A DNA stretch of 64,000 nucleotides from the human T2T-CHM13v2.0 reference genome, Homo sapiens, in NCBI RefSeq assembly GCF_009914755.1, contig NC_060939.1; one strand, given 5' to 3'. Below are positions 41,137-54,370 of the stretch, in pieces. Under the pieces are notes generated by a model, which was not told the DNA's origin, searched no databases, and saw only the letters and a list, made by a program, of their open reading frames with translations. Position 1 is the stretch's first letter; every line of letters begins with the position of its first letter. The position numbers and the translations under genes were made by a program.

Positions 41137-41463
41137 CTATCATCCATTAAAATGGAAAAAAAGAAAGAAATGCTCCATTAATTTCAGAACATACAATATT
41201 TTGCCAAAATAAGAAGTCTGCCAAAGTCTCCAGGGGTTAGAGGAAAATGTGGATGCTCTGTCCCTAGGTCCCAGGGATCTTCAGAAGCTTCTCAACAGAG
41301 TCTGTTTATAAACATTTCCAAGTCATTTTCTACAACACCATAAAACAATAAGTCAGCTTAGAATAAAGCTTTAGGGAATGTTTCCTGGTTTTCTACATTA
41401 AACAGGCCCGGTGGAGACTTTGTGTGTAGTGTATTATTTTGTGTCTCCTCCTATAAGATACGG

Positions 41464-41724
41464 CAGTGGTCCCCAACCTTTTGGTCACCGGGGACCAGTT
41501 TTGTGGAGGACGCTTTTCCACAGATCAGGGGAAGGGGGATGGTTTCAGGATGATTCAAGCACATTACAATTAATGTGCACTTTATTTCTATTATAATACT
41601 GCAATATATAAACTGCTGTGCAGTTCACAATAGGGTTTGCACTCCTTTGAGAATCTAATGCTGCTGCCACTGATCTGACAGGAGGCAGAGCTCAGGTCTG
41701 TGGCCTGGGAGTTAGGGAACTCTG
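41464..41724 (+). mobile_element. MER1A-like hAT-Charlie DNA transposon, internally deleted
   Basis: TIR cagtggtccccaacc ... gttagggaactctg; internal gatgattcaagcacattaca and gagaatctaatgc..ctgatctgacaggaggc. Confidence 0.85.
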
Positions 41725-42427
41725 TGGTAGGGGAAACTAATGATTATTGAAGATGTTTGTCTTATGTCTGATCTAAAGAAATGTGCTATTGAGAACATTC
41801 TCTCCAATACATTGTTTGATGTGGCTTCACTTTGCCAAAAGAGATAGAAAACAGTATTTCCATGAAGCAGAACCAAACCATAACAAATACTGAGTGAAAA
41901 CAGGATGTGTTGTCATACCACTCTTCCCATTTACCATGAAAAGTGTTGCATCACATTCTAATTACATAATTACATTAATTATTACAATAATTATGATTAA
42001 TATAATTCTGATTACATTCTAGTAATCATTTATGACTTCCAGCTCCAGAAGCAGAATTTTTATGGCAAAGTGTATGAACTCTCTCAATGCTCAACGTCAT
42101 ACATAATGCCAAACTAATTTCCAAAAACGTCATAGCAACATAAGTTTCTACCATCAGATTATTAAGAATTATCTTTCACCACATGCAAATTCAAAAGGTA
42201 TGTCACCACTGTTCACTGCATTTCTTATCAATGAGTTTAACACTTTTTTCAAATTTTATTGGCCAGTGACATTTCTTCTTGGAACTATCTAATTGTATCT
42301 GCCTATTTTATTTTTCCTATTCTGATATCAGTGTATTTATTAATGATTTGTAAGAATTCTATAGTTATTAAGTCTATTAATTCTGTCAAAAAACAATGCA
42401 AATATTTTATCCAATTTATCATTTGTC

Positions 42428-42735
<308 letters not shown>

Positions 42736-42743
42736 ACTTGTCC

Positions 42744-42870
42744 TTTTTTTTTTTTTTAGAGACAGGGTCTTGCTATGTTGCCCAGGTTGGCCTCAAATTC
42801 CTGAGCTCAAGCGATCCTCCCACCTCTGCCTCTAGAGTAGCTGGGACTGCATGCACCACCACAGCTGGCT
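42744..42870 (-). mobile_element. FLAM/FAM Alu monomer
   Basis: Single monomer gagacagggtcttgctatgttgcccagg...gtagctgggactgcatgcaccacc with T tail. Confidence 0.85.
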
Positions 42871-43675
42871 GATTGTCTTTTCATTTTGTTTCCAGTTTTT
42901 CAATATGAGTTTTCTCTTTCTAAAGGATCAAATTTATCAAAAGTTTATACTTTCTGTTTTTGTAGTTTTGTTTAGATATGTCTTCTCTATGCCAAGATTA
43001 TATATACAGACATCTACATTTTTCTTTGTTTTTATTGATATTTTCCTTATTTAATTCCTTATCCCAATTGAAATTTTTGATTGAAATTGAAAGTTTGATA
43101 TACATATGAGGAGCAAATTTCAAGTTTTCCAAATAAGAAGATTTTACATCACCATTTGTTGAACAATCAATCCTTTCTCCATTAAGCTGGGATGCTTTCT
43201 GTGTCACAAATAAATCATTTTACTCACTAGCATCTGATTTATGGATTTCAATTTTATTCATTGATATGACAGCTACTACATCTGTTGTTTTCATTATTGT
43301 AGCTTTATAATAACTGGCAATACGTACAAGAAACAAAATCACCTTTATTCTCTTCCTCTTCAAAAATTCTTAACTATAATCACCCATTTATTTTTCCTGA
43401 TAGAATCAATGTATCCATCTAAGTAAACATTTGAATCAATGTATTAATTTTTCTACAAAATTTATTTGAGATTTTTATTAGGTCTATGTTAAACTCTTAA
43501 TTATTTGAAAAGAACTGATATTTTATAAACTTAAATACAACTTCAAGAAGGTCAAATCTTTTTAGGAATTCCATTTTTTAAAGTACCTCAATTAGTAAGG
43601 AATTTTAGTTTAGTTTAGTTTTGCTTTTTCATATAGATTCATACCATAGTCTTATAGATTTGTTCTTGAACATCA

Positions 43676-43970
43676 CAGTTGTCCCTTGAATCTGTGGGGG
43701 ATCCCTTACATAAAATGGCAGAGTATTTGCATATAGCCTATCCATAACTTTTTTGTATACCTTAAGTCATCTCTAGATTACTTATAATACCTAATACAAT
43801 GTAAATGCTATGTAAATAGTTGTTATACTGTATTGTTTAGGGAATAATGACAAGAAAAAACTCTGTACATGTTCAGTACAGACACAACCATCCTTTTTTT
43901 ATCCAAATATTTTCCATCTATGTTTGGTAGAGTCCATAGATACAAAACCCACGTATACAAAGGGCAGAAT
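43676..43970. mobile_element. MER2 (Tigger) DNA transposon
   Basis: gtcatctctagattacttataatacctaatacaatgtaaatgctatgtaaatagttgttatactgtattgtttagggaataatgacaag. Confidence 0.85.
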
Positions 43971-44759
43971 ATAAAACTTTTTACTGATAGGATAAGTTTT
44001 TAAATTGTTGTTGTCTAAAAGAAAGCTTTTAATTTTTTTAATGTTACTTTCATAATCAGACACAACCAAATTGTCCTACTGAAAGTTTTACAGATTATTC
44101 TTATGGATTGACTAGATTTATAATCATATTATTGTCTGTGTTCTTCCTTTCTAATAGGTTTATTTCAGTTTCATGTCTTATTTTATTCATGGATATTTCA
44201 GTTTCACGTCTTTGTAATTTACAAGGATATCCAGAACAGTAGAAAATAGTTACGGTAATAGCAGGAACCATAGCTTATTTCTGATCTTAGTGGAAATTAA
44301 TCCTTGGTTTTTCTCATCTGTAAAGTGAGAAAGTTGGGCTAGATGACACTCAAATCCTTTCTGGTTATAAATTATATGCTTCAAGTTCTAAAAGTACATG
44401 ACATACCTATGTTTCCCTCCCCAAAAGAGGTATGGCGCCAATTCATTTTTTAACTATTTGGATGGTAGCAGTTTTTTTCTCCCTGAAATTACACTGTGAC
44501 TATGTAGAGTATGATATGGTATTAAGATACATAACTGACACTCTTTGTTTATTTATTTATATATTTTCATATATGGTTTACTCTTCTGCATCCCACCCCA
44601 CCCCCACCCTCCATGTAAATTCCTTGCTAGCTGGTCTGATTCAGCTTTATTTTCCTTACTCTTTTCACTCAAAAAGCATTAGCACTTACAATGGGCTGGG
44701 GTAGTGTCTTGCCCATCAGAGGCAGTCAATCAGTCTTGAGTGTATGAATTTTAACTCTT

Positions 44760-44900
44760 TAGACTCTAATTTTACCAACAGGGACATTAAGACTTAGAGA
44801 GATAAAGTGACTAACCCAAGGTCACATCAATAATTAGCCACAGAGCCAAGACTAGAACTCAGGGATTTGGGAAAGCCAGTGCAGAACAGGCCTTAAGAAT
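44760..44900 (-). mobile_element. MIR fragment
   Basis: gagagataaagtgactaacccaaggtcaca..agagccaagactagaactcagg. Confidence 0.7.
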
Positions 44901-46199
44901 GGCATTATGAGGGTCACAACACAAATCATGAAGTTCTTTATTTATCTGAAAGTCTAGTAGCTCCCTGTAATCTTAAACCAAAGTGAATGAAACAATTTGA
45001 TTGTTGTGTTATAGTATAATCCAATGGAAGTATTCAAAATTTATTCAAATTCCTAGAACTTAAAAGTCTGAAGAGAAAATGGGCATCGTTTTTGTTTGGG
45101 AAAAGAGGATTCAGAAGACTCACAGTGGAACATTCAGCGCTTTCTTTTACAATAGCAGAGAAAAGGAGAAAAATATTCAGAGTTAACATAATCCAGCCAC
45201 TTAGTGTTTTCTGCCTGAATACTCACAGAACAGAGCTTATAATTTCACCCAGTCTCAGGCAAAACAAGCAACATAGAAATGAATTCCTATTGCTTTGGAA
45301 AGAACACTCAAAAGCTAATTCCTTGGGAAAACAATGGCTGCATTTCTTAAGATTATGTATTTAAAAAAAACTGTAGCTGGGTACGCCTTAACACAACAGA
45401 TAAACAAACTGACAACATAGAAATATCCTACCAAAGTAAGTGTCCTTTGCTCACCTGGAATTGTTAACCATTCAAAGCAAATACTGAACTTCTATCCTCA
45501 AGTGATATATGGCACTAATTTACTCTTTGTACATATTCTAAAGCCTAATAGAAGCTTTGGCAGAAGGTCTTCATCATTCCGGACAGAAATACCTGGGTGT
45601 TCTCTTTTCCTATGTCTCAATTTTTAGGACCGAGAAACCTGAAATTCCTTGGAATGCTTTTTCCCTCGAGTTAAGATCAGAATCACTGTACTTATTTGGT
45701 AAGAGAAAAGCTCTCATTTGTCTTCATCAATATGCCTAACAACAAGGACAGAACTCTAGACTCTTTTTTTTCTTTTGATTTCTTCACTGAGTAATAAATC
45801 ATACATAGCTTAGGGATATAGGAAAACACTGTCCCAACTCTCAGAAGACTTCTGCCCCTCTTTAGCTCATGATCCTGAGCAAATCCTCTCATCCCATTTT
45901 GAAAGCAGCTCAGCAAATCCTACTTCATAAGATTGTTGGGAAACATAAATGAGATAAAGTATGTGGAAGTGTAAAATATAAAAGGCTAAAAAAAGAGAAA
46001 AGTATTCAGAGTTTTAAGGTATCATATTTTATGGTATATTATAGAACATCAGTAATTTTGAACATTATAAGAAAGAATGCATAAGAAAGTAGTTTTTAAG
46101 TGATAAAGTGTTATACTGATATCAAATATATATTTATAATGTTATCTAAAGGTAAGGTGATATTATTTGGAGAATAAAGTAACTCAGAAATTAATTCTT

Positions 46200-46350
46200 T
46201 TAATCCCCTTATTTTATGGGGAAGTACATATTTGACAAGCAAACTAAGGCACAGAGAAGCCAAGCACTTTCTCCAAGGTCACACAGCTATTAGTGGCAGT
46301 ACCAAGACCAGAAACTGGGTTTGGACAATTATAAATACGTTTTCTGTCAA
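46200..46350 (-). mobile_element. MIR fragment
   Basis: aaactaaggcacagagaagccaagcactttctccaaggtcacacagcta. Confidence 0.7.
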
Positions 46351-47083
46351 TTGTACCATGGCACATTAGAAGTATAAGGAATGCCAACCTGAGAATCTAC
46401 CTTTGGTCTCTTAAAAAAAAATCAATCTTTCAAATCATTAAATGAAAATGCCAATGTACTTCAAAGAAAGAATGTATACATAATATACTTCCTTTGTGAG
46501 GACATATGAAACTGCACATGTGCAGATGGAAAGCCACTATGCACATTTATTATTCATTTAGGACATAAAGGAATGCTATAAAAGCTGACTGTAGCTCTTC
46601 CGGCAAAGAGCAGGATTTACTACAGACTTTATAATTGGATACAAGCATGAGAGGTCCTCAGAATCAAAGATGAGCCAGTAGGATATAGTTTAAATAGAGC
46701 CCTCTCTGACCACAGCTCCAGAGGGCCCGAAGCAATATGTGGTATTGTGGCCACATGCCACTACTTCAAGTGAATTTCCCACAACTTGGCATTTCAGTTT
46801 CCTGACCACTACCCAAAACAAGGGTGGATTTTGTGCATTAAACTTCCCTTGCTTCATCATAGCTAGGTTTTTGAAGAGAGATAAAAAGAGGTTCATAAAA
46901 ATAAGTGGGGATTTGGAGCTGATGATTTTGTGTACTGTTAAAGTACTGATGATGAGAACTGTCAACCAACCAAGTCCCATCTTAGCTCCAATGTTTTGGG
47001 GACAGTCTGGCTCAGCCTTGTTAGGATTAGGATCAAAAATGTCCCAGGTACAGATTCTAGGGCCAATTTCTAAGCTTTATCAA

Positions 47084-47085
<2 letters not shown>

Positions 47086-47132
<47 letters not shown>

Positions 47133-47187
47133 CATACATATGTATATAAATAAAGAGGGGTGTGTGTGTGTGTGTGTGTGTATGTGT
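47086..47187. repeat. (CA)~22 and (TG)~11 microsatellites in inverted arrangement
   Basis: CA run 47086-47130, 30-nt spacer, TG run from 47161. Confidence 0.95.
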
Positions 47188-47379
47188 TCTGTTTGTGTGC
47201 ATAGACAGAGAGGCAAAAAGAGAGACCACCTTAGCTCTAATTTATGGGACCGAATCTAATCCTGACAGATCAAATTGTAGTAGAAGTTATAAATCATACT
47301 TCTTATCTTACAATGGACTAGCACCACCTACTATATTTTAACTCCTTTATGTACATACTTATAGTTACTAATAATAGGA

Positions 47380-47590
47380 AAAGCTAATATTCATTAAGTT
47401 TTTATAATGTGTCAGGAATTCTTAGAGCTTTATAGACATGTATTCACTCCTCATACAATCGTATGAGGTAGAACTATTATTTTCTTCATTTTTAAAATGA
47501 GGGAACTGAGGCACTAGAAGATGAAGCTACTTGCCCAAGGTTATGGAGCTAGTAAGTGGTAGAATAGGACCTGAATCCATGTATCTATAG
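47380..47590 (-). mobile_element. MIR SINE
   Basis: tatgaggtagaactattattttcttcattttt..atgagggaactgaggcac..ttgcccaagg..agctagtaagtgg. Confidence 0.8.
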
Positions 47591-47960
47591 AGCCAGTCTA
47601 GTGGCAAAGAGGCACCCTCTCTATAGATCTCCCCAATGTTCTTCCTTTTCTTACTCAAAATTAACCCAATTCTAATTGATCAGGTTACATGAGATTATAT
47701 TGTAGTGCATGTCTTACAAAGAAAAACATTTCTAAGAAACCAAATCAAATCAAGAAGAAAATTAACCGCATTTATTGTAATTTGAAAACATAAAAGTTAA
47801 CAGATTAAACAGCTAAGCTGTCCCATTTGTAACAGATGTTGCAGATCATAAGCAGTTAAGAGCAAGACATCTATTGCACTGCTGAAACTTTAAAACAAAT
47901 AATATTGGAAACAAAGGTTTTGATGAAATTATTTCATTAAAATATAAACTCTCATCTTAC

Positions 47961-48157
47961 CTCACATATAAGGAAATGGGTACAACTGTATTGAGAATAA
48001 TAATATATGACCAGAATGTTAAGAATCCGGAGAACACAGAGCTCTTCTCTCCTTCATTCCAAAAGAGGAAAGTTCTGAATTGGTCCCCAGTTTGACTCTC
48101 CCAGATTGAATTTCCTATTGCAAGAATAATTCCCAAGCATATCAGAAACCCAAAAAT
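47961..48157 (-). CDS. ATP8B4: ATP8B4 coding exon (probably exon 12), TM3-TM4 with PISL motif
   Basis: 197 nt, phase 0-2. Acceptor tttcag|ATT, donor AG|gtaaga. Encodes IFGFLICLGIILAIGNSIWESQTGDQFRTFLFWNEGEKSSVFSGFLTFWSYIIILNTVVPISLYV(S). PISL (47969-47980) is the P4-ATPase TM4 signature. Confidence 0.96.
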
Positions 48158-49019
48158 CTGAAATAAGATAGAAGTGTGGTTAAGGTTAACTTGAACTCAA
48201 AATTAGTCATATCAACATGATCTAATTACGCATCTAACTCCAAGAAATAGTCATTTGAAAAGCAAGTATGCAAACCTCTTCTTACCATTAATCATATGAA
48301 TTACGTCAGGAACTCAGCTAAATATTTTACATACATTTTCTCACTGAATTTGCCCATTGACTCTCTAAGATGGGAACAGTCATTATCCCCACTTTACAGT
48401 TTAAAAACAAAGTAAAATGGAAGCACAAGAAAGACTATGTAACTTGTCTATGTTCATAGACATGGGCATGTCTTCTTGGCCTCATAGGCTCTGTATGAAG
48501 GTGACTGGTATTGCTGGAGAAAACCCCAGGTCTGCAGGTGATACTGAAAGTAAAACACAGAGCCTGGCCAATATTTTGTGCACAGCAATTGCTAATTACC
48601 TTCTTTCCTTATTCAGAGTCCAATTGTTACATATCAGGTAAGCAAATACATATTGAGCTCAGATTCTTTATGATTGTGAGCCTGTGATAGGGTACATGGG
48701 AAAACATGGTTTGAAGTCACAGTCTTTATATTTTAAAGTGGCTGTCTTCGAACTTTACCCCTATATAAGCAGACAAAGCAGTATTACACAAAGACTAGAT
48801 AGTATATCAATAGTATGAGGTAGCACAGGATTAACTGACAAAAGGATGGAATGTAAGGAATATCTGAATGTTTTTGGTAAACGAGTAGTAGAGAATATCA
48901 TTTCAAAAGAATCAGAAGTAAAAAAAAAATTCATAAGAGAAAGATAGTCATGAGCTAAGGATGTTAGAAGCCTCTGTGAGGGAGGAGAACTGTGAGGTGG
49001 GGCTCAAAGGATTTATAAC

Positions 49020-49196
49020 CAGAACCACCTACATAATTTGCAGGGTTCAGTGCAAAATGAAAACGTGGGACCTTCTGTCCTAAAAGTATTAAGAATTTCT
49101 AGATGGCAACAGAAGTTGAATAAACCAAACATAAGGCCCTCTGAGTGTGGGGCCCTGTGTGGTTACACAGATCACACACCCGTGAAGCCAGCCCTG
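49020..49196. mobile_element. MER45A-like hAT-Tip100 DNA transposon
   Basis: ctacataatttgcaggg..cagtgcaaaatgaaaa...ggggccctgtg...gaagccagccctg. Confidence 0.85.
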
Positions 49197-49549
49197 CCCA
49201 CCATAAGCTATGTATACAGGATCTGAAAAAAAGTAAGAAAACAAAAACACCAAACTGCCTTAAAAACTATGTTTGGTTTTCCAAAAACAAATCCCTGGGA
49301 TATGGGGAATTTGTAAGACCATGAATACCTCCATAAACACTAACCTACCTCTCATGATAAATTCTACCACTGGTTGAGAAATTAGCATAATCTAGAAAAT
49401 AGAAGGCAGTATAACTGAGCCTCAAATGCAAAATCCCCAAAAACAAACTCCACAAGGAGAATGTAGGCTTCTTAAAGAATTCCCAGCAAGATTCAGTAAA
49501 TGTACTAAGATAACAATGACTAGTGATATTGCCTAGTTTTGTAACTTAC

Positions 49550-49638
49550 CCATAGTACTAGAGTATTCATCAATCTATCAATGCTTGTCCTTTTAAACTT
49601 TGTCTTACCACTATTCTGCATTAGTTTAGTGTCAGGAC
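49550..49638 (-). CDS. ATP8B4: ATP8B4 coding exon (probably exon 11)
   Basis: 89 nt, phase 1-0. Acceptor tttttgcag|GT, donor TGG|gtaagt. Encodes (G)[29 protein letters not shown]; too short for the ORF track, read by hand. Confidence 0.96.
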
Positions 49639-50786
49639 CTGCAAAAACAAAAAAAAGTAAATAACTTTGAAATGATATGATTATGTATTCTTATTAATGC
49701 TCATATCAAATGTCTCTGAAAGAAAAAAATATATATTTTTCACAATAATTTAACTTTTATTAAGAGCAAGGGCCATTAAGTTGTACATGATTCTCAACAA
49801 TTAGGTTAACAACAATCCTGGAAGCTGCAAGAGATGTGATCTTCTTAGACTAGGATAAATACAGTCAGAACTTGTAGTTGAAAGGTTTAAGTGAAGCTAT
49901 TTTTTCAATGTCTATACATGAATATGCTTCTAGTTTGACATAGTTAAAGATAACAAAGTCAACAAAAGTGAGGAATAATTTGGAAATATTAAAAATAATG
50001 CAGCAACAAACACAATTCAGAACACTAAGGTAAAAAATGGAAAAATAAATCAAATTCTAGATCTGTTTCCCAAAAAGATTTGAGGTCCCTTTGAAGGAGA
50101 AACTAGAATAGCCCCCCAAAATACATCAGCAAGTAATTTAAACCTTTATTGTGTATTGTATACTGCACGTATGTAATATGTAATTTTTGTAAAGACAAGA
50201 ACTGTCTTAAATGTTGTGTTAGATTTATTTCAGGTAATTACATTATCCCATGATAAGTGCCTTGTTCCAGGAATTCTAAGAATATAATCAACTGCTTTAG
50301 AAGTGGGTTATTAGATGATAAACAAATAAGAATATTGAAAAATATTGTTAAAGAAATTCCTTGTGGACAGAGAAAATGCTAAATAGAAGCAATTAAGTTT
50401 TAATTAAAGCTAATTTCTCCAGTGTTTCCTCTTCACATATTCTCCTCATGATTTTCAATCCATAGAGCCATTTAATATAGGAGAAAGGGGGAAATTAAAG
50501 AAAGGAGAAAAGGGAGGCACACCCAAAATTATATACCACTCCAGAAGTCAGGGAAGGACAGGCACATCCTTAAAAGACTTTTCTTTATGTAAAAGAAAAA
50601 AAGAAGCAATAATTGAGGTTTCATAACAATTCATTGTCTTAAGTTGGAAATTGTACTGCAGTATCCTATTCCTAGCTACTGCTGTGTATAGACCACCCAC
50701 ATTTTCTCAGAATCATTTATTAAAATCATATGAACATTGAGGGTGGGAAATATTTCTTTTATGGTAAAGATCACAAAGGCCAAATA

Positions 50787-50906
50787 GTCTGTAGCCATAG
50801 CACCCTGAACATACTTGATCTCATCTGATCTCAGAAGCTAAGCTAAGCAGGTCAGGCCTGGTTAGTACTTAGATGGGAGACTGGGGATATTTGGTGCTGT
50901 AGGCTT
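50787..50906 (+). pseudogene. 5S rRNA processed pseudogene (RNA5SP type)
   Basis: gtctgtagccatagcaccctgaac...gatctcagaagctaag...cctggttagtacttagatgggagac..gtgctgtaggctt aligns end to end with human 5S rRNA; CpG decay, indels, A8 tail then (CA)n. Confidence 0.95.
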
Positions 50907-51109
50907 AAAAAAAACACACACACACATACACACATAAAGTTTGTGGTTGCTAAAAACTGAAATATGAAAAGACCAGTTAGGTGCTGAAAATGTACATTCC
51001 ATTAGGCACACAAATGCACACAGACTAATAAGGAATCCTTTTTATGGATTATTAAGCATTTATGTAAATATAACCACAAATGTTTATATGCACATCCTGA
51101 AAGAATTTT

Positions 51110-52400
51110 CTACACTCAACAGCCTCCGTTTTCTTATCTCCCACTCGTTACTCAACCCAGTCTCTGGGCCAATCACAACGCCAAAACAGATCTGGTGTTA
51201 TCATCAATATCCTCCATAACTTCTTGACTATTCAGCAACCTTTGACACTGTTGACTATTCCATCCTTTTGAAACATACTCTTCCTTTAGCTTCTGTGTTA
51301 TAATATTCTCCTGCTTTCCTTCCTACCTCTTTGGTAGCTCCCTTCCTGTCTTCCATGATACTTACTCTCCCTTCCCTTTACCCAGCTACTAAAGACTGAG
51401 AATCCTTAAGACTCAGGCATAGGTCACCTTATCTTCTTACTCAATCTACCTTCCCTGAGCAATCTCACCTAAGACCGTAGCTTTGAGACCAACAGTTTTA
51501 ATAATATAGACAAGATGTGTATCCCCAGCTCATGCTGTTCCTCTGAGCTTTAAATCTATATATTTAAACCTACGTATTTTGTTGCCTGTATATTTCCACC
51601 TGGATTCTTCTAAGGCCTCTCAAGTGGCCCTTGTCCAATCTGGCTTACAATCTTCCTCCAAGCTTCTTATCTCAGTGAGCATCATCACCATCCATCCAGT
51701 TGCGAAGGTTGGAAGAAACCTCAGTCATAGTTGATAACTTTATCATCCTCACCTTCAAGCCTGGTCATCAAAGCTTGTCAATTCAACTTTCTAAACTTTC
51801 TAAAAGCCTTCTGAATTTATCTACTTCCCTCTCCTTTCCTAATCTGAGGGACCATCACCTCTCAACTGTGAAAACCTAGAAACTTTGTCTCCCTGTATCC
51901 ACTCTGCCCCCAAAACTAACCAATATTTTTCCTCCTTCCCAACCCCAGGACCTGCTGTCTATTTACAAACATTACAAACAGTGTTGGCAAGATTAAGCTT
52001 TTCACAATTAACACATATACACCCCACCTGTTTGAAAACTTACAATGGCGTCCCTAAGCTCTTAGGATAAAGACCAAACTTCTGGATACTGACCACAAGG
52101 TCTACCAGCATGGTCTAGCCCCTATCCATGTCTCCAGTCCCATATCCATCCCTATCCTCTGTGCTCTCCATACCCCATACTGGCCTTCTTTTTTGACCTC
52201 ACTTTCCTTACTCCTGCCACAGGGCCTTGGCCATTGATATGATTTTGGCTTGAGATTAATGCCTCTTTCTCTCTCCTACCATACTGAAAATCATATGAGT
52301 GAAGGTACTGCATTTGTTTTTGTTCACATTTTTAATCCCCAATGAGTAAGTAGCATAATGCCCAGCATATAGTAGACATTCAATAAATAATTTGTAAGTA
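51110..52400 (+). mobile_element. L2 LINE 3' portion (~1.3 kb)
   Basis: Pyrimidine-rich L2 body (tttgacactgttgac, ctcttaggataaagaccaaact) ending gcccagcatatagtagacattcaataaata. Confidence 0.85.
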
Positions 52401-52439
52401 TTTTAAGCAAATTAATTTTTTGAACATCTACATTTCACC

Positions 52440-52620
52440 TATAATCTCAGCTAATGCTTACAACAAACTAACAAATTAGGTACTATTATCCTCAGTTCAC
52501 TAATAATGAAACTGAGTTTAAATAATTGAACTTGCCTGAGATTTCTCACCTAGTAAGTGTCAGAGCGAGAATTTGAACCTCGACATAAGTAATTCTAAAG
52601 TTCTTGGTCTTTACTATTTT
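52440..52620 (-). mobile_element. MIR SINE
   Basis: taggtactattatcctcag..gaaactgag..acttgcctgag..ctagtaagtgtcagagc.agaatttgaacc. Confidence 0.75.
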
Positions 52621-52657
52621 CTAAAACTATATGAAATAGTCAACCAATATTTAAGAC

Positions 52658-53169
52658 TGTGTCTCATTCAGGATCCTAAAAGGAAATAGATGACACATTG
52701 AACAAAGAGAATTGGAGGAAGTTTTATTTATAAAAGAACTCTTTACAAAAAGCATAGGTGGGATTATAGGGGAAACAAAAGGTTAGTGCATTAACCAAGG
52801 GCATGTAGCAAGCAAGCTGTTTCTCCACCTGAGCCAGAAGGGATGAAGGGAAGGAATGGCTACTGGACCCTAAGGGAAAGAGGTGACAGGAATTTGCAGC
52901 CCTTAGAGTAAGAGTGGCCTTCTGTTGATAGATCTGGCCAGCCTGAAGTTAGCACACAAGAATGCAGCCTGGAGGAGTAAATACCTTGATCGTAATCTCC
53001 TTCTTCCTTTTGATCTCTTCCTAGGGATCCCCGAGACAAAGCCCAACCAGAAGCAGAAGTACAAGGTAACCTATTAGTATAAACCATACAAATAAGCCTC
53101 CTAGGGCAGAAAGAATGGTAGAAAAAGGTGAGAGGAAATCTGGAGAGCAAACAGAAGACATCTAGGACA
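52658..53169 (-). mobile_element. LTR33-like ERVL solo LTR
   Basis: tgtgtc..cagg.tcc..aggaaatagatgacaca ... gatctggagagcaaacagaagacatctaggaca type termini. Confidence 0.75.
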
Positions 53170-53318
53170 AAAATGCAGTGTGCACTCAAGATGGTACAGA
53201 CTCCTAGAGACTGTTTAAATGAATATAATTCCTGCCCTCAGAAACAAGATTTTCTCCTCTCTTGAGCATAAAGAAGGCATTACCAGGGAGGTGTAGCCTA
53301 GCTGTTAATATATATTAG

Positions 53319-53738
<420 letters not shown>

Positions 53739-54139
53739 AGATATTTTTCATTAGACCTAGGTGTTCACCTGGAACTAGTTCCCCAACTAAATGTCTTAAG
53801 ACTTAGAGGTTTTGTGACATCCATTTGTTCATCTCCGACACGGACGAAGCCAACCACTAATTCTTCTGTTTGCCAGCATTCTAATTAAGCTTTCTGCTAA
53901 CATTTGTGACCAGACTAAAGTCAATGCAGGCATGCTCTGCTTTACAAACATCCAGTTGATAAGGTCTCCTGCAAGTGAACACTGTGGCCAAATCACAAAA
54001 GAAGAAGGTGTTCCTCTCTCCCTGCTGCCTGCTGCCAAGGTCCAGAGAGCAGTAAGTTTTTCCAACTCTCAGCCTAGAGAGCAGGCTGGGTGCTCTGAAT
54101 TAAATTTGAAAGAAGGGAAGCAGAAAAGGAAGGAAAATA

Positions 54140-54370
54140 GCATTTGTCAAGCATCCTTTTCCGTATGCATTATCTCACTGAGCCTTTAAAATGACCCTAA
54201 TGTACTCATTATTATCCCCATGTTACAGCAGAAAAAAAGTAAAGCTTCCGAAGTTTAAGTAACCAAAGCTTACAGTCCTACAGCTGGTAAAATAATAATA
54301 ACAATAAATAAAAAATAATAATAAATCCAAACTCAGGTCTGCCCAATCCAAATTCTGTGAACTTTCTGTT
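54140..54370 (-). mobile_element. MIR SINE
   Basis: cattattatccccatgttacag..gaagtttaagtaac..cagctggtaa..actcaggtctg. Confidence 0.65.

Noticed and set aside
41950-42030. TAAT/ATTAC-rich cluster as a homeodomain enhancer
   Set aside because: Better explained as AT-rich low-complexity slippage sequence.
48286-48364. 79-nt MIR-derived cryptic exon (cttag|...ATG|gtaaga)
   Set aside because: Short pyrimidine tract and only ~130 nt from the real acceptor; such site pairs are common by chance.
50787-50906. Functional 5S rRNA gene
   Set aside because: Solitary copy with many substitutions, box A/C lesions and an A tail instead of a T-run terminator.
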